DNA of 64,000 nt from an uncultured Candidatus Saccharibacteria bacterium (lineage in GTDB: Bacteria > Patescibacteriota > Doudnabacteria > UBA920). The translations under genes were made by a program, and so were the position numbers. Shown one piece after another: positions 56,078-64,000 of the stretch. Under the pieces are notes generated by a model, which made no database searches, was not told where the DNA came from, and worked only from the letters and a program-made list of their open reading frames with translations. How positions within the stretch are numbered: position 1 is the first letter of the stretch; each line of letters opens with the position of its first letter. The stretch is taken from assembly GCA_964402965.1 (NCBI GenBank), contig CAYODY010000003.1, forward strand, positions 9,846-73,845. The letters are read 5' to 3'.

Positions 56078-57334
56078 ATGACATACGACAATCTAGAGAA
56101 AAACGACCCTAGTGTATCAGAAATTATCTCTGCAGAAGCTAAACGTCAAAAAGAAGGAATTGAACTAATCCCATCTGAAAATTATGTTTCATCAGCGGTG
56201 CTAGAAGCGCTTGGAAGCGTGATGACAAACAAATACTCTGAAGGTTACGTTGGTAAACGTTATTATGGCGGACAAGAAAATACCGACAAAGTCGAACAGC
56301 TTGCAATTGACCGTGCCAAACAACTTTTTGGTGCGGAACATGTAAACGTTCAACCGCTTAGCGGCGCACCTGCAAACATCGCAGTGTACTTTGCATTACT
56401 TGAACCAGGCGATACTGTTTTGGGAATGGATTTAGCTCATGGCGGTCACTTAACTCATGGTCATCCAGTAACCTATGCCGCGAAACTGTTTAACTTCGTG
56501 CGTTATGGGATGAAAGATATCTCAACAGGTGAAATTGATTACGAAGAACTTCGCGCAACTGCAGTTAAGGAAAAACCAAAAATTATTCTTGCAGGCTTTT
56601 CTGCTTACCCTCGCGAAATAGATTACGCAAAAATTAAATCAATTGCTGATGAGGTTGGTGCAATAACAATGATGGATGCTGCTCATATTGCAGGATTGAT
56701 TGCAGGAAAACAACTTCGCAATCCATTTGAAGATGGCTTTGATATAGTAACAACCACAACACATAAAACATTGCGTGGACCTCGCGGTGGTTTAATAATG
56801 TGCAAAGAACAATTTGCAAAAGTAATAGATAAATCTGTGTTCCCAGGGTTTCAAGGTGGTCCACATATGAATAACATTGCCGCCAAAGCTGTTGCTTTCG
56901 GCGAAGCGTTGCAACCTGAGTTTCAAGAATATTCCAAACAAGTTTTATTAAACGCTCAAGCTTTGGCTTCGGCTCTAACAGAAAAAGGTGGACACTTAAT
57001 TACTGGCGGAACAAGTAATCATTTAATGTTAGTAGATGTAGTGAAGTCGTGGAACGTAACAGGTAAGCAAGCGCAAACTTTGCTAGACACAGTGGGAATT
57101 ACATTAAATATGAACATGATAGCAGGTGACACACGTAGTCCAATGGATCCAAGTGGAATTCGTTTGGGCACACCTGCAATTACAACTCGCGGTGCTAAAG
57201 AAGCGGATATGCAAAAGATTGTAGATTGGATGGTGCAAGTATTGCAAAATCCAGAAGATGCTAGTTTGCACGAAAAAATAAAGTCAGAAGTACGTGAGTT
57301 CAGTTTGCAGTTTCCTGTTCCAGGGATTGCATAA
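56078..57334 (+). CDS. glyA: Serine hydroxymethyltransferase
   Basis: PLP-binding lysine motif TTTTHKTLRGPRGG and the SHMT N-terminus (IELIPSENYVS). Confidence 0.9.
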   Translation: MTYDNLEKNDPSVSEIISAEAKRQKEGIELIPSENYVSSAVLEALGSVMTNKYSEGYVGKRYYGGQENTDKVEQLAIDRAKQLFGAEHVNVQPLSGAPANIAVYFALLEPGDTVLGMDLAHGGHLTHGHPVTYAAKLFNFVRYGMKDISTGEIDYEELRATAVKEKPKIILAGFSAYPREIDYAKIKSIADEVGAITMMDAAHIAGLIAGKQLRNPFEDGFDIVTTTTHKTLRGPRGGLIMCKEQFAKVIDKSVFPGFQGGPHMNNIAAKAVAFGEALQPEFQEYSKQVLLNAQALASALTEKGGHLITGGTSNHLMLVDVVKSWNVTGKQAQTLLDTVGITLNMNMIAGDTRSPMDPSGIRLGTPAITTRGAKEADMQKIVDWMVQVLQNPEDASLHEKIKSEVREFSLQFPVPGIA

Positions 57335-57359
57335 ATTTTAAAGAAATTAAAGAAAAAAC

Positions 57360-58169
57360 ATGGAATTATTTCAAGCATTTGTATTAGGTTTGGTTCAAGG
57401 GCTGGGGGAGTTCTTGCCAATTTCATCATCCGCCCATTTAGTCATAGTTCCATGGTTGTTTAATTGGCATGACCAAGGTTTAGCTTTCGATGTCGCGTTG
57501 CATTGGGGCACTTTAGTAGCAGTATTAACTTATTTTTATAACGATGTTTGGTTGTTAATTAAAGGATTCTTTCATTCACTTTCAAAGTCTACTCGCGACT
57601 TGGAAAGTAATACTTACCAAAAGTTGGCATGGTTGTTAGTAATTGCATCTGTACCAGGAGCAGTGATAGGAAAACTTTTGGAGTCACAAGCTGAAACAGT
57701 TTTCCGTAGCCCATTGTTAATCGCTATAACTTTAAGTGTTGTTGGAATTATTTTGTGGATTGCCGATAGAGTAGGGAAGAAAACAAAAAACATGAATCAT
57801 ATAACATGGCAGAATTCAGTACTCATTGGCTTGGCTCAGTCTGCAGCAATTATTCCGGGAATATCTCGTAGTGGGGCAACAATGACTAGCGGTTTGTTAA
57901 TGGGGTTTACTCGAGAAGATGCCGCTAAGTTCAGTTTTTTAATGTCTATTCCAATTATTGCTGGGGCAGGTTTGCTAAAGCTTCCAGAAATTTTGCACAT
58001 TGAAAACCAAATGGAGGTATTAGTGGGTTTTCTTTCCGCAACTATTTTTGGTTTCCTCGCTATTAAGTTTATGATGAGATACATTTCCACCAAATCTTTC
58101 GCGTTGTTTACATGGTATAGGCTTGGTTTAGCAGGGTTAATTTTAGCGGTGTATTTTTTCCGAGGATAG
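57360..58169 (+). CDS. uppP: Undecaprenyl-diphosphatase (BacA/UppP)
   Basis: UppP motifs (QGLGEFLPISSSAHL, PGISRSGATM). Confidence 0.85.
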   Translation: MELFQAFVLGLVQGLGEFLPISSSAHLVIVPWLFNWHDQGLAFDVALHWGTLVAVLTYFYNDVWLLIKGFFHSLSKSTRDLESNTYQKLAWLLVIASVPGAVIGKLLESQAETVFRSPLLIAITLSVVGIILWIADRVGKKTKNMNHITWQNSVLIGLAQSAAIIPGISRSGATMTSGLLMGFTREDAAKFSFLMSIPIIAGAGLLKLPEILHIENQMEVLVGFLSATIFGFLAIKFMMRYISTKSFALFTWYRLGLAGLILAVYFFRG

Positions 58170-58190
58170 TTGGCTTAAAGTAAAATTAAT

Positions 58191-58730
58191 ATGATAACCA
58201 AAACAAATTATTTAGAGTTTCAAAAACGTTTAAAGACAAATAAATTGTATAGATACTTCTGGCAATTTTGGAGTAACTATTCATTTGTGTTTTTTGTGAT
58301 CGTTGCTTTAATTGTATTTACTAATCCTGAACTATTTAAGATTTGGAAACCGTTAATGTTTCTATCTTTTTTGTCTTTTGTAATTGCCCGTATGATTGTA
58401 GTGTTTAACATAAATCTGTTGTACAACAGAGAGCGACCGTATCAGAAGTTTGGATTTGATCCAATTACGTCGTGGTTTTTTTCTTATAAAACACATACTC
58501 CAAATTCTTTTCCATCCCGTCATTCAGCGGCATTTTTTTCGGTTGCCGCTGTGGTCTGTTTGTTCATTCCTGTACTAGGCGCGTTCTTGCTGATAGTGTC
58601 AGGAATCACTGGTACGGCGCGTGTGGTGTTGGGTTACCACTGGCCATCAGATATTCTCGCTGGGGCAATAATTGGGGCAATTGTTGGGATTTTAACAGTA
58701 TATTTGGGCTATCCGATTATCTTTACTTAA
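58191..58730 (+). CDS. PAP2-family phosphatase (PgpB/YodM-like membrane phosphatase)
   Basis: PAP2 motifs (SFPSRHS, GYHWPSD). Confidence 0.7.
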   Translation: MITKTNYLEFQKRLKTNKLYRYFWQFWSNYSFVFFVIVALIVFTNPELFKIWKPLMFLSFLSFVIARMIVVFNINLLYNRERPYQKFGFDPITSWFFSYKTHTPNSFPSRHSAAFFSVAAVVCLFIPVLGAFLLIVSGITGTARVVLGYHWPSDILAGAIIGAIVGILTVYLGYPIIFT

Positions 58731-58770
58731 GCCAGCAAAACTGATAAAATTATTAGGATTTTAGGAATTT

Positions 58771-58855
58771 GCCGGTGTGGCGGAACGGTATACGCTGCGC
58801 ACTCAAAATGCGTTGTCCTCTGGGCGTGTGGGTTCGATTCCCACCACCGGCACCA
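58771..58855 (+). tRNA. tRNA-Leu (anticodon CAA) with long variable arm, CCA encoded
   Basis: GCCGGTG-TG-GCGGAACGGTATACGC...GCGCA-CTCAAAA-TGCGT, variable arm TGTCCTCTGGGCGTG, GGGTTCGATTCCCAC-CACCGGC-A-CCA. Length 85 nt. Confidence 0.8.
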
Positions 58856-58860
58856 AGTTT

Positions 58861-59460
58861 ATGTATTATACAAAACCTATAGTATGGAATAGGGAAGTAT
58901 TGGCTTATCTGATTGGCGTTGCTTTGGGCGATGGTAATTTATCTAAAGTAAATGGCAGAGTCACAAGATTAAGGGTAACTTGTGACATAAAATATACTTT
59001 CTTAATCACGGAAATAATTGCAGCTTTGAAATTTGTTCTCCCAGAAAGCTCTATAGGAATAGTAGGAAATCATAGAAAGTGTTTAAATATAGTTTCTTAC
59101 TCAAATCATTGGGAGACAATTTTAGGATGGAAAGCTCAAAAAGGTAGTAAGTATGAGCAAAATTCTAATGTCCCTGAATGGGTTTGGTGTAAAGATGAAT
59201 ATATTAAGGCATGCCTTAAGGGATTAATAGAAACAGATGGTTCTATATATCACGATAGAGGGTATCCTATGGTTATGTTTACAAATATTGTTGAAGATTT
59301 AGCAAAAGATGTTTGGTATATGATGAAATGGTTAGGGTTTGAACCTAGAATGTATGATTTTATGCCAAAATCTAAGTTTAATTCGAAGCGAACATATCAC
59401 GTTAGATTGTCATGTAAAGTTCAAGAGTTTTTAAATATAGTAAAACCACTTAAAGCATAA
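58861..59460 (+). CDS. Double-motif LAGLIDADG homing endonuclease, free-standing, 5 nt downstream of tRNA-Leu
   Basis: Two LAGLIDADG motifs (LAYLIGVALGDGNL and LKGLIETDGSIYHD) about 100 aa apart. About 199 aa, typical of single-chain LAGLIDADG enzymes. Confidence 0.65.
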   Translation: MYYTKPIVWNREVLAYLIGVALGDGNLSKVNGRVTRLRVTCDIKYTFLITEIIAALKFVLPESSIGIVGNHRKCLNIVSYSNHWETILGWKAQKGSKYEQNSNVPEWVWCKDEYIKACLKGLIETDGSIYHDRGYPMVMFTNIVEDLAKDVWYMMKWLGFEPRMYDFMPKSKFNSKRTYHVRLSCKVQEFLNIVKPLKA

Positions 59461-59462
59461 AA

Positions 59463-60626
59463 ATGGACAGCATTATTCCACAACCAATTAGAAATACTCA
59501 ACCAAACAACGATCAGCCTATAGGCGGAGAACAATCTTCGTTTACTCAACCGGCTGACGTTTTTAAAATCCCAATAAATTTTTCTGTGCAGAATTCACCA
59601 GATGAACCAATTGTTCCAAGCACCCCTGCTTCTGAACAAGTAGATTTAAATTTTGAAGCAAAGCCTGAGTCAACATACTACCCAGCAGTTGAAGAAATTC
59701 CATATACTGCAGAAGTACCAGCTATGCCAGAAACACCAATCGCAGAACAAACGCCAACTGCAGGAGAATCATCAATCGTAGAAGAAACTCCAACAGAAAA
59801 AGTTTCGTATGCCGACAGCACTATTCGTGAATTAAACATTTCCGAAATTGTTGCAAACCCTTTTCAACCTCGAACCCAATTTAAGCCAGAGGCTTTGCAA
59901 GAATTAGCGGATTCTATTAAAGAGCACGGTGTTATTCAGCCTGTAGTAGTAACCCTTACTCCGCAAGGGTACGAACTTGTCGTTGGTGAGCGCCGTTTTC
60001 GCGCGTCGCAACTTGCAGGCTTAACAAAAATTCCTGCGATCGTTAAGCAAACTTTACACGATCAGACAAAGCTTGAAGTTGCGCTAATTGAAAACATTCA
60101 ACGACAAGAGTTAAATGCTATTGAAGAAGCACGTGGTTACGAGCGTTTAATAAAGTCATTTAATTTAACTCAAGATCAGGTTGCGAAGAAAGTAGGGAAG
60201 TCACGCAGTGCCGTAGCAAATACTTTGCGTTTGTTAAACTTGCCAGCAGAAATTCAACGCGCGGTTATTGAAGGAAAAATTAGTGAAGGTCACGCCCGCG
60301 CAATTTTGGGATTACCAGATACGGAAAAAATGATTTTGATGTATCAAACAATTTTAGAACAAGGCTGGAACGTGCGTCAGGCAGAAAGCAAAGTTCGCGA
60401 AATCGCAGTGAAGAAAAAGATGGACGCGGCCATGCCTGACCCTAAACTTATGGCATTGGAAAGTGAGCTTCGTGGCAAGCTTGGAGCTCAAGTAAAAATT
60501 CAACGCCAAGGCCGTGGTGGCAAAATTACAATAGACTTTTACAGCGACGAAGACTTGGATGAAATTATGAATCGGATTGCAGAGCAACAAAAAAATGGCG
60601 AAGACGCCGGTTATTTAGTGGTTTAA
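59463..60626 (+). CDS. parB: ParB/Spo0J-like partition protein with a ~130-aa low-complexity N-terminal extension; no adjacent parA
   Basis: ParB box (GVIQPVVV...VVGERRFRAS) and HTH (GHARAILGL). N-terminus is P/E/T-rich. Confidence 0.75.
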   Translation: MDSIIPQPIRNTQPNNDQPIGGEQSSFTQPADVFKIPINFSVQNSPDEPIVPSTPASEQVDLNFEAKPESTYYPAVEEIPYTAEVPAMPETPIAEQTPTAGESSIVEETPTEKVSYADSTIRELNISEIVANPFQPRTQFKPEALQELADSIKEHGVIQPVVVTLTPQGYELVVGERRFRASQLAGLTKIPAIVKQTLHDQTKLEVALIENIQRQELNAIEEARGYERLIKSFNLTQDQVAKKVGKSRSAVANTLRLLNLPAEIQRAVIEGKISEGHARAILGLPDTEKMILMYQTILEQGWNVRQAESKVREIAVKKKMDAAMPDPKLMALESELRGKLGAQVKIQRQGRGGKITIDFYSDEDLDEIMNRIAEQQKNGEDAGYLVV

Positions 60627-60675
60627 CATTTTCTTAGTATTTTCTTAAAACTTTTTTTAAAACGAAAGAGATAAA

Positions 60676-61005
60676 ATGACATTAGACGAATATCAAACAG
60701 AGTCTAGTAAAACAGCGCAATATCCAAAAGAAGAATTGGCGCTTTACTATGTTGGTTTGGGAATCGCAGGCGAAGCTGGCGAAGTTGCGGAAAAAATAAA
60801 AAAAGTTTTGCGCAACGACAATGGGGTAATTTCAGATGAGCGCCGAGAGGATTTAAAAAAAGAATTGGGCGACGTAATGTGGTACTTGGCGCAAGCAGGA
60901 GTTGTGCTTGGTCTTTCTTTAGACGACATTGCTCAAACAAATTTGAAAAAATTAGCTGATCGCATGGAGCGAGGGGTAATTAAAAGTGCGGGGGATAATC
61001 GGTAA
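60676..61005 (+). CDS. MazG-like nucleoside triphosphate pyrophosphohydrolase (single-domain NTP-PPase)
   Basis: EAGEVAEKIKK ... LGDVMWYLAQ matches the MazG/all-alpha NTP-PPase EExxE...D motif pattern. Confidence 0.65.
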   Translation: MTLDEYQTESSKTAQYPKEELALYYVGLGIAGEAGEVAEKIKKVLRNDNGVISDERREDLKKELGDVMWYLAQAGVVLGLSLDDIAQTNLKKLADRMERGVIKSAGDNR

Positions 61006-61010
61006 ATTCC

Positions 61011-62786
61011 ATGAATAGAATCTTAAAAATTTCTTCTTTAATTATCTCAGGGAGCCTTTTTGTGAGTTTATTTATTGTGCCTTTTACTGTAGTTCAAATA
61101 GTATCAGCACAAACGTCCACCACCCCAGTGCAAACTCCTCCAGTTCAAGCGACAGAATCAATTTCAGATTATTCTACAGACATCACAATCAACAAAGATG
61201 CGACCATCAATGTTATTGAAACTATAAATTATAACTTTGGTGCGATTGAGAGACATGGAATCATTAGAAATGTTCCCTATAAATATAGCGCTCGTGATGG
61301 AACTTTTAAACTTAGACTTTCAAATATTTCGGTAACAGATGAGAAAAACCAACCATTAACTTTTAAGCAATCGTATTCCGGAAATGAACTTAGTTTAAAA
61401 ATCGGAGATGCAGATAAAACTATTACAGGTACACATATCTACAAAATTGCTTACACTGTTAACAGAGCCATAAATTATTTTGATGATCATGATGAGCTAT
61501 ACTGGAACGCCATTGGTTTAGAGTGGACAGTTCCGATTGCGAAATCTAGCGCAATAATTCACGCTCCTGCAAATATTTCTAAGATGCAGTGTTTCACTGG
61601 TGTACATGATAGCAAGGAGTCTAATTGTTCAATCACTGGTGGAAACACCGAAACCGTAACTTTCACTTTCACAAAACAACTTGAAGCAGGGGAGGGTCTA
61701 ACAATAGTAGCAGGCTTGCCGGAAGGAACAATCGCAAAGCCAACAGTTTTGCAAAACCTATGGAATATATTCATAGATAACGGAATTTTGCTTCTCCCAT
61801 TTTTTGTTTTCGCACTCATGTTCTATTTTTGGAATAAATACGGACGAGATGCTAGAAGTAAAAATTCTATTGTTGCTCAGTATGAATCACCAGACAACCT
61901 TTCAGCTATGTACATGGGAACATTGCTTCATGGAAAAACAGAAGCAAAAGATCTTTCCGCAGAAATTATTTACCTAGCAACCCAAGGCTATTTAACTATC
62001 CAGCGAATCGAAACTAAGACACTTTTAGTTTTTAAAGGTTCAGACTATGAACTCACTAGGACAGAAAAAGCGACAGATAGCTTGGCACCTCAAACAAAAG
62101 AATTTTTCAATGAGCTATTTAAATCTGGTATAAAAACAATTAAAATCTCGGACTTAAAAACAGATCGTGTTTTTGGAACTGCTCTAGTTAAGATTAAAAA
62201 CGATGTTGTCAGCGAATTAGTTAAGGATAAATATTGGCGGGCAAACCCAATTACTGTGGCTTCACTCATAGTTGTAGCAGGAATATTTTTTGCCATGGGA
62301 GGTTCGTTTTTACTAGGCAGTATTATTGGTTACCTTGGTACTATTTCAGCAATTATTTCTGGACTTATTATCATCATTTTTGGATTTATTATGCAAGCCT
62401 TAACTCAAAAAGGCGCGGACACTGTTGCTAAAATTAAAGGGTTAGAATTGTATATGACGGTTGCTGAAAAAGACAGGATGGAATTTCACAATGCACCAGA
62501 AAAAAATCCACAACACTTTGAAATGCTTTTGCCTTTTGCAGTTGCACTTGGGGTTGAATCAAAATGGGCAGCACAATTTAAAGATTTAGCAAATGCGCCT
62601 TCGTGGTACAATGACAGTAATAGAGGAACGTTTAACGCTCTTGTTTTCGCAAACTCTATGAACAGTTTTTCTACATCCATGCAATCTGTTGCGACTTCTG
62701 CAACAACATCGTCTAGTGGTGGTAGTGGATTTTCAGGAGGAGGTAGTGGTGGCGGAGGCGGCGGAGGTGGCGGCGGAAGTTGGTAG
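61011..62786 (+). CDS. DUF2207-family membrane protein (signal peptide, extracellular domain, TM helices, poly-Gly C-terminus)
   Basis: Architecture and C-terminal SGGGSGGGGGGGGGGSW tail typical of DUF2207. Confidence 0.55.
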   Translation: MNRILKISSLIISGSLFVSLFIVPFTVVQIVSAQTSTTPVQTPPVQATESISDYSTDITINKDATINVIETINYNFGAIERHGIIRNVPYKYSARDGTFKLRLSNISVTDEKNQPLTFKQSYSGNELSLKIGDADKTITGTHIYKIAYTVNRAINYFDDHDELYWNAIGLEWTVPIAKSSAIIHAPANISKMQCFTGVHDSKESNCSITGGNTETVTFTFTKQLEAGEGLTIVAGLPEGTIAKPTVLQNLWNIFIDNGILLLPFFVFALMFYFWNKYGRDARSKNSIVAQYESPDNLSAMYMGTLLHGKTEAKDLSAEIIYLATQGYLTIQRIETKTLLVFKGSDYELTRTEKATDSLAPQTKEFFNELFKSGIKTIKISDLKTDRVFGTALVKIKNDVVSELVKDKYWRANPITVASLIVVAGIFFAMGGSFLLGSIIGYLGTISAIISGLIIIIFGFIMQALTQKGADTVAKIKGLELYMTVAEKDRMEFHNAPEKNPQHFEMLLPFAVALGVESKWAAQFKDLANAPSWYNDSNRGTFNALVFANSMNSFSTSMQSVATSATTSSSGGSGFSGGGSGGGGGGGGGGSW

Positions 62787-62812
62787 TTATTAAACTATAG
62801 TGCATTTACTTT

Positions 62813-63442
62813 ATGAAAATTATAAAATTTGGACATTCTTGCGTTTTGCTTGATGATGGTCAAACAAAATTACTTTTCGATCCGGGATCTTATTCAGAAA
62901 TCCCAAATGTTTCTGTTGATGCTATTGTAATTACTCACGTTCATCAAGATCACTTGGATATAAGTAAAATTCATGCAGTGTTGGCAAATAATCCAAACGC
63001 AAAAATTTATACAAACACTCAGTCTTGTGAAGAACTCATTAAAAATGGTTTGACTGCAGAAATAGTAGAGCAAGGTCAGACTGTACAAATTGGAACTTTT
63101 TCTATCGAAGGGTACGGCAACGAGCACGCAATTATGCACCCAGATTTACCTAAATTCCAAAACACCTCCTACTTAATTAATGGTAATATTTTCCATCCAG
63201 GTGATTCTCTGTTAACTATAGACAAGCCCGTAGATATTTTACTTCTTCCAATTTCTGCTCCTTGGAGTAAAATTTCGGAAACCTTGGATTATATCACTGC
63301 TGTTAACCCAAAAATTTGTTTCCCGATTCACGATGGATTCTTAACAAGTGGGGGAGCGTTTTATAGACTCTCAAAAATGTGGTGTGAAAAATTGGAGGCA
63401 CAATTTATTGAACCAGAATTAAATAAAGAATATGCATTTTAA
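62813..63442 (+). CDS. MBL-fold metallo-hydrolase
   Basis: HxHxDH motif (ITHVHQDHLD) plus downstream His/Asp ligands. Confidence 0.7.
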   Translation: MKIIKFGHSCVLLDDGQTKLLFDPGSYSEIPNVSVDAIVITHVHQDHLDISKIHAVLANNPNAKIYTNTQSCEELIKNGLTAEIVEQGQTVQIGTFSIEGYGNEHAIMHPDLPKFQNTSYLINGNIFHPGDSLLTIDKPVDILLLPISAPWSKISETLDYITAVNPKICFPIHDGFLTSGGAFYRLSKMWCEKLEAQFIEPELNKEYAF

Positions 63443-63920
63443 TTTTATTGTTATCCCTGCGATCATCATTGCGACAGCAATAGTCGGTGGTAGATACACT
63501 TCTCAAGGATTAAAACCTTGGTACGAAAATTTAAAAAAGCCAAAATGGACACCACCAGGAAGTCTAATTGGTGAAATTTGGCTATTTCTTTATATCACAA
63601 CTGCTCTTGCAGTGCTGTGGTTTTGGAATGTCCCAGTATTTTCTTGGGTGCATTATGTTGTTGGCGCAATTTTACTTGCGAACGCGTATCTTAATGCAAC
63701 TTGGAATAAAGTATTTTTTGTAGAACACAATTTGCAAAAGGCGTATAAGCATATGAATATTATGAATGGCACAACAATTTTGTCTGCCATAATCATGTAC
63801 TTCTCTGCACCAATCGCTAGTTTTCTTCTTCTCCCATATATTATTTGGGTAGGAATAGCTACATATCTCACTAAAGAAATGATTGACATGAATCCTGAGC
63901 ATAAAGAGAAAAATAGTTAA
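63432..63920 (+). CDS. tspO: TspO/MBR family tryptophan-rich sensory protein
   Basis: Five-TM, Trp-rich sequence with a conserved PxWxPP-like motif (KKPKWTPPGSLIGEIW). Confidence 0.65.
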   Translation: MHFNFIVIPAIIIATAIVGGRYTSQGLKPWYENLKKPKWTPPGSLIGEIWLFLYITTALAVLWFWNVPVFSWVHYVVGAILLANAYLNATWNKVFFVEHNLQKAYKHMNIMNGTTILSAIIMYFSAPIASFLLLPYIIWVGIATYLTKEMIDMNPEHKEKNS

Positions 63921-63942
63921 ACATAAACTTAAGATAAAACAA

Positions 63943-63976
63943 AAAACCGCGCTTCATAATAGAAGGGCGGTTTTTT
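63943..63976 (+). terminator. Intrinsic terminator (A6-CCGC-gcttcataatagaag-GGCGG-T6)
   Basis: Hairpin plus T-run after the tspO stop. Confidence 0.5.
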
Positions 63977-64000
63977 ATGCGTTAGCTTTAGCTTCTGCTC

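Overview
This 64 kb window is a chromosomal segment of a low-GC (~35-37%) bacterium with compact, mostly co-directional genes and clear intrinsic terminators. Promoters are of the sigma-70 TTGACA/TATAAT type. TGA is used as a stop codon. I found no rRNA, CRISPR array or transposase.

Called genes:
- Type IV pilus assembly: pilM (3' part only), pilN, pilO and a coupled small membrane gene.
- Seven tRNAs (Lys-CTT, Arg-TCG, His-GTG with encoded G-1, Arg-TCT, a second Arg read as GCG, Leu-CAA) plus an orphan tRNA 3' fragment.
- Housekeeping genes: holA, typA, rpsO, pnp, tgt, glyQS, metG, glyA, nfo, tatD, rluB, dus, murA, murB, uppP, parB, a xerC/D-like recombinase, a DEAD-box helicase, M16 and M15 peptidases, an MsbA-like ABC exporter, two AI-2E transporters and an MFS transporter.

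Accessory features that stand out:
1. A four-gene carotenoid cluster: crtI, crtB, a GGPP-synthase-like polyprenyl synthetase and a UbiA-type prenyltransferase.
2. A three-gene extracytoplasmic flavinylation / electron-transfer module: an FMN-binding protein, the ApbE flavin transferase and a membrane-anchored FNR-like reductase. It sits next to a divergent ECF sigma / anti-sigma pair.
3. A MurA enzyme carrying an N-terminal XRE-type HTH domain, with a perfect palindrome in the murA-murB divergent promoter region.
4. Two free-standing homing endonucleases, one HNH and one LAGLIDADG, each abutting a tRNA gene. The first also lies beside a tRNA 3' remnant.
5. A small bacterial SET-domain protein.
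6. Several single-gene GC-rich islands (~47-52% GC) encoding secreted hypothetical proteins.
7. Recurrent leaderless gene starts of the form TATAAT-N6-ATG.
8. Gly/Arg-rich (RGG-like) C-terminal tails on PNPase and the DEAD-box helicase.
9. A candidate small transcript with a consensus promoter and an intrinsic terminator.

The overall flavour is reduced-genome Patescibacteria/CPR-like, but I cannot establish taxonomy from this window.
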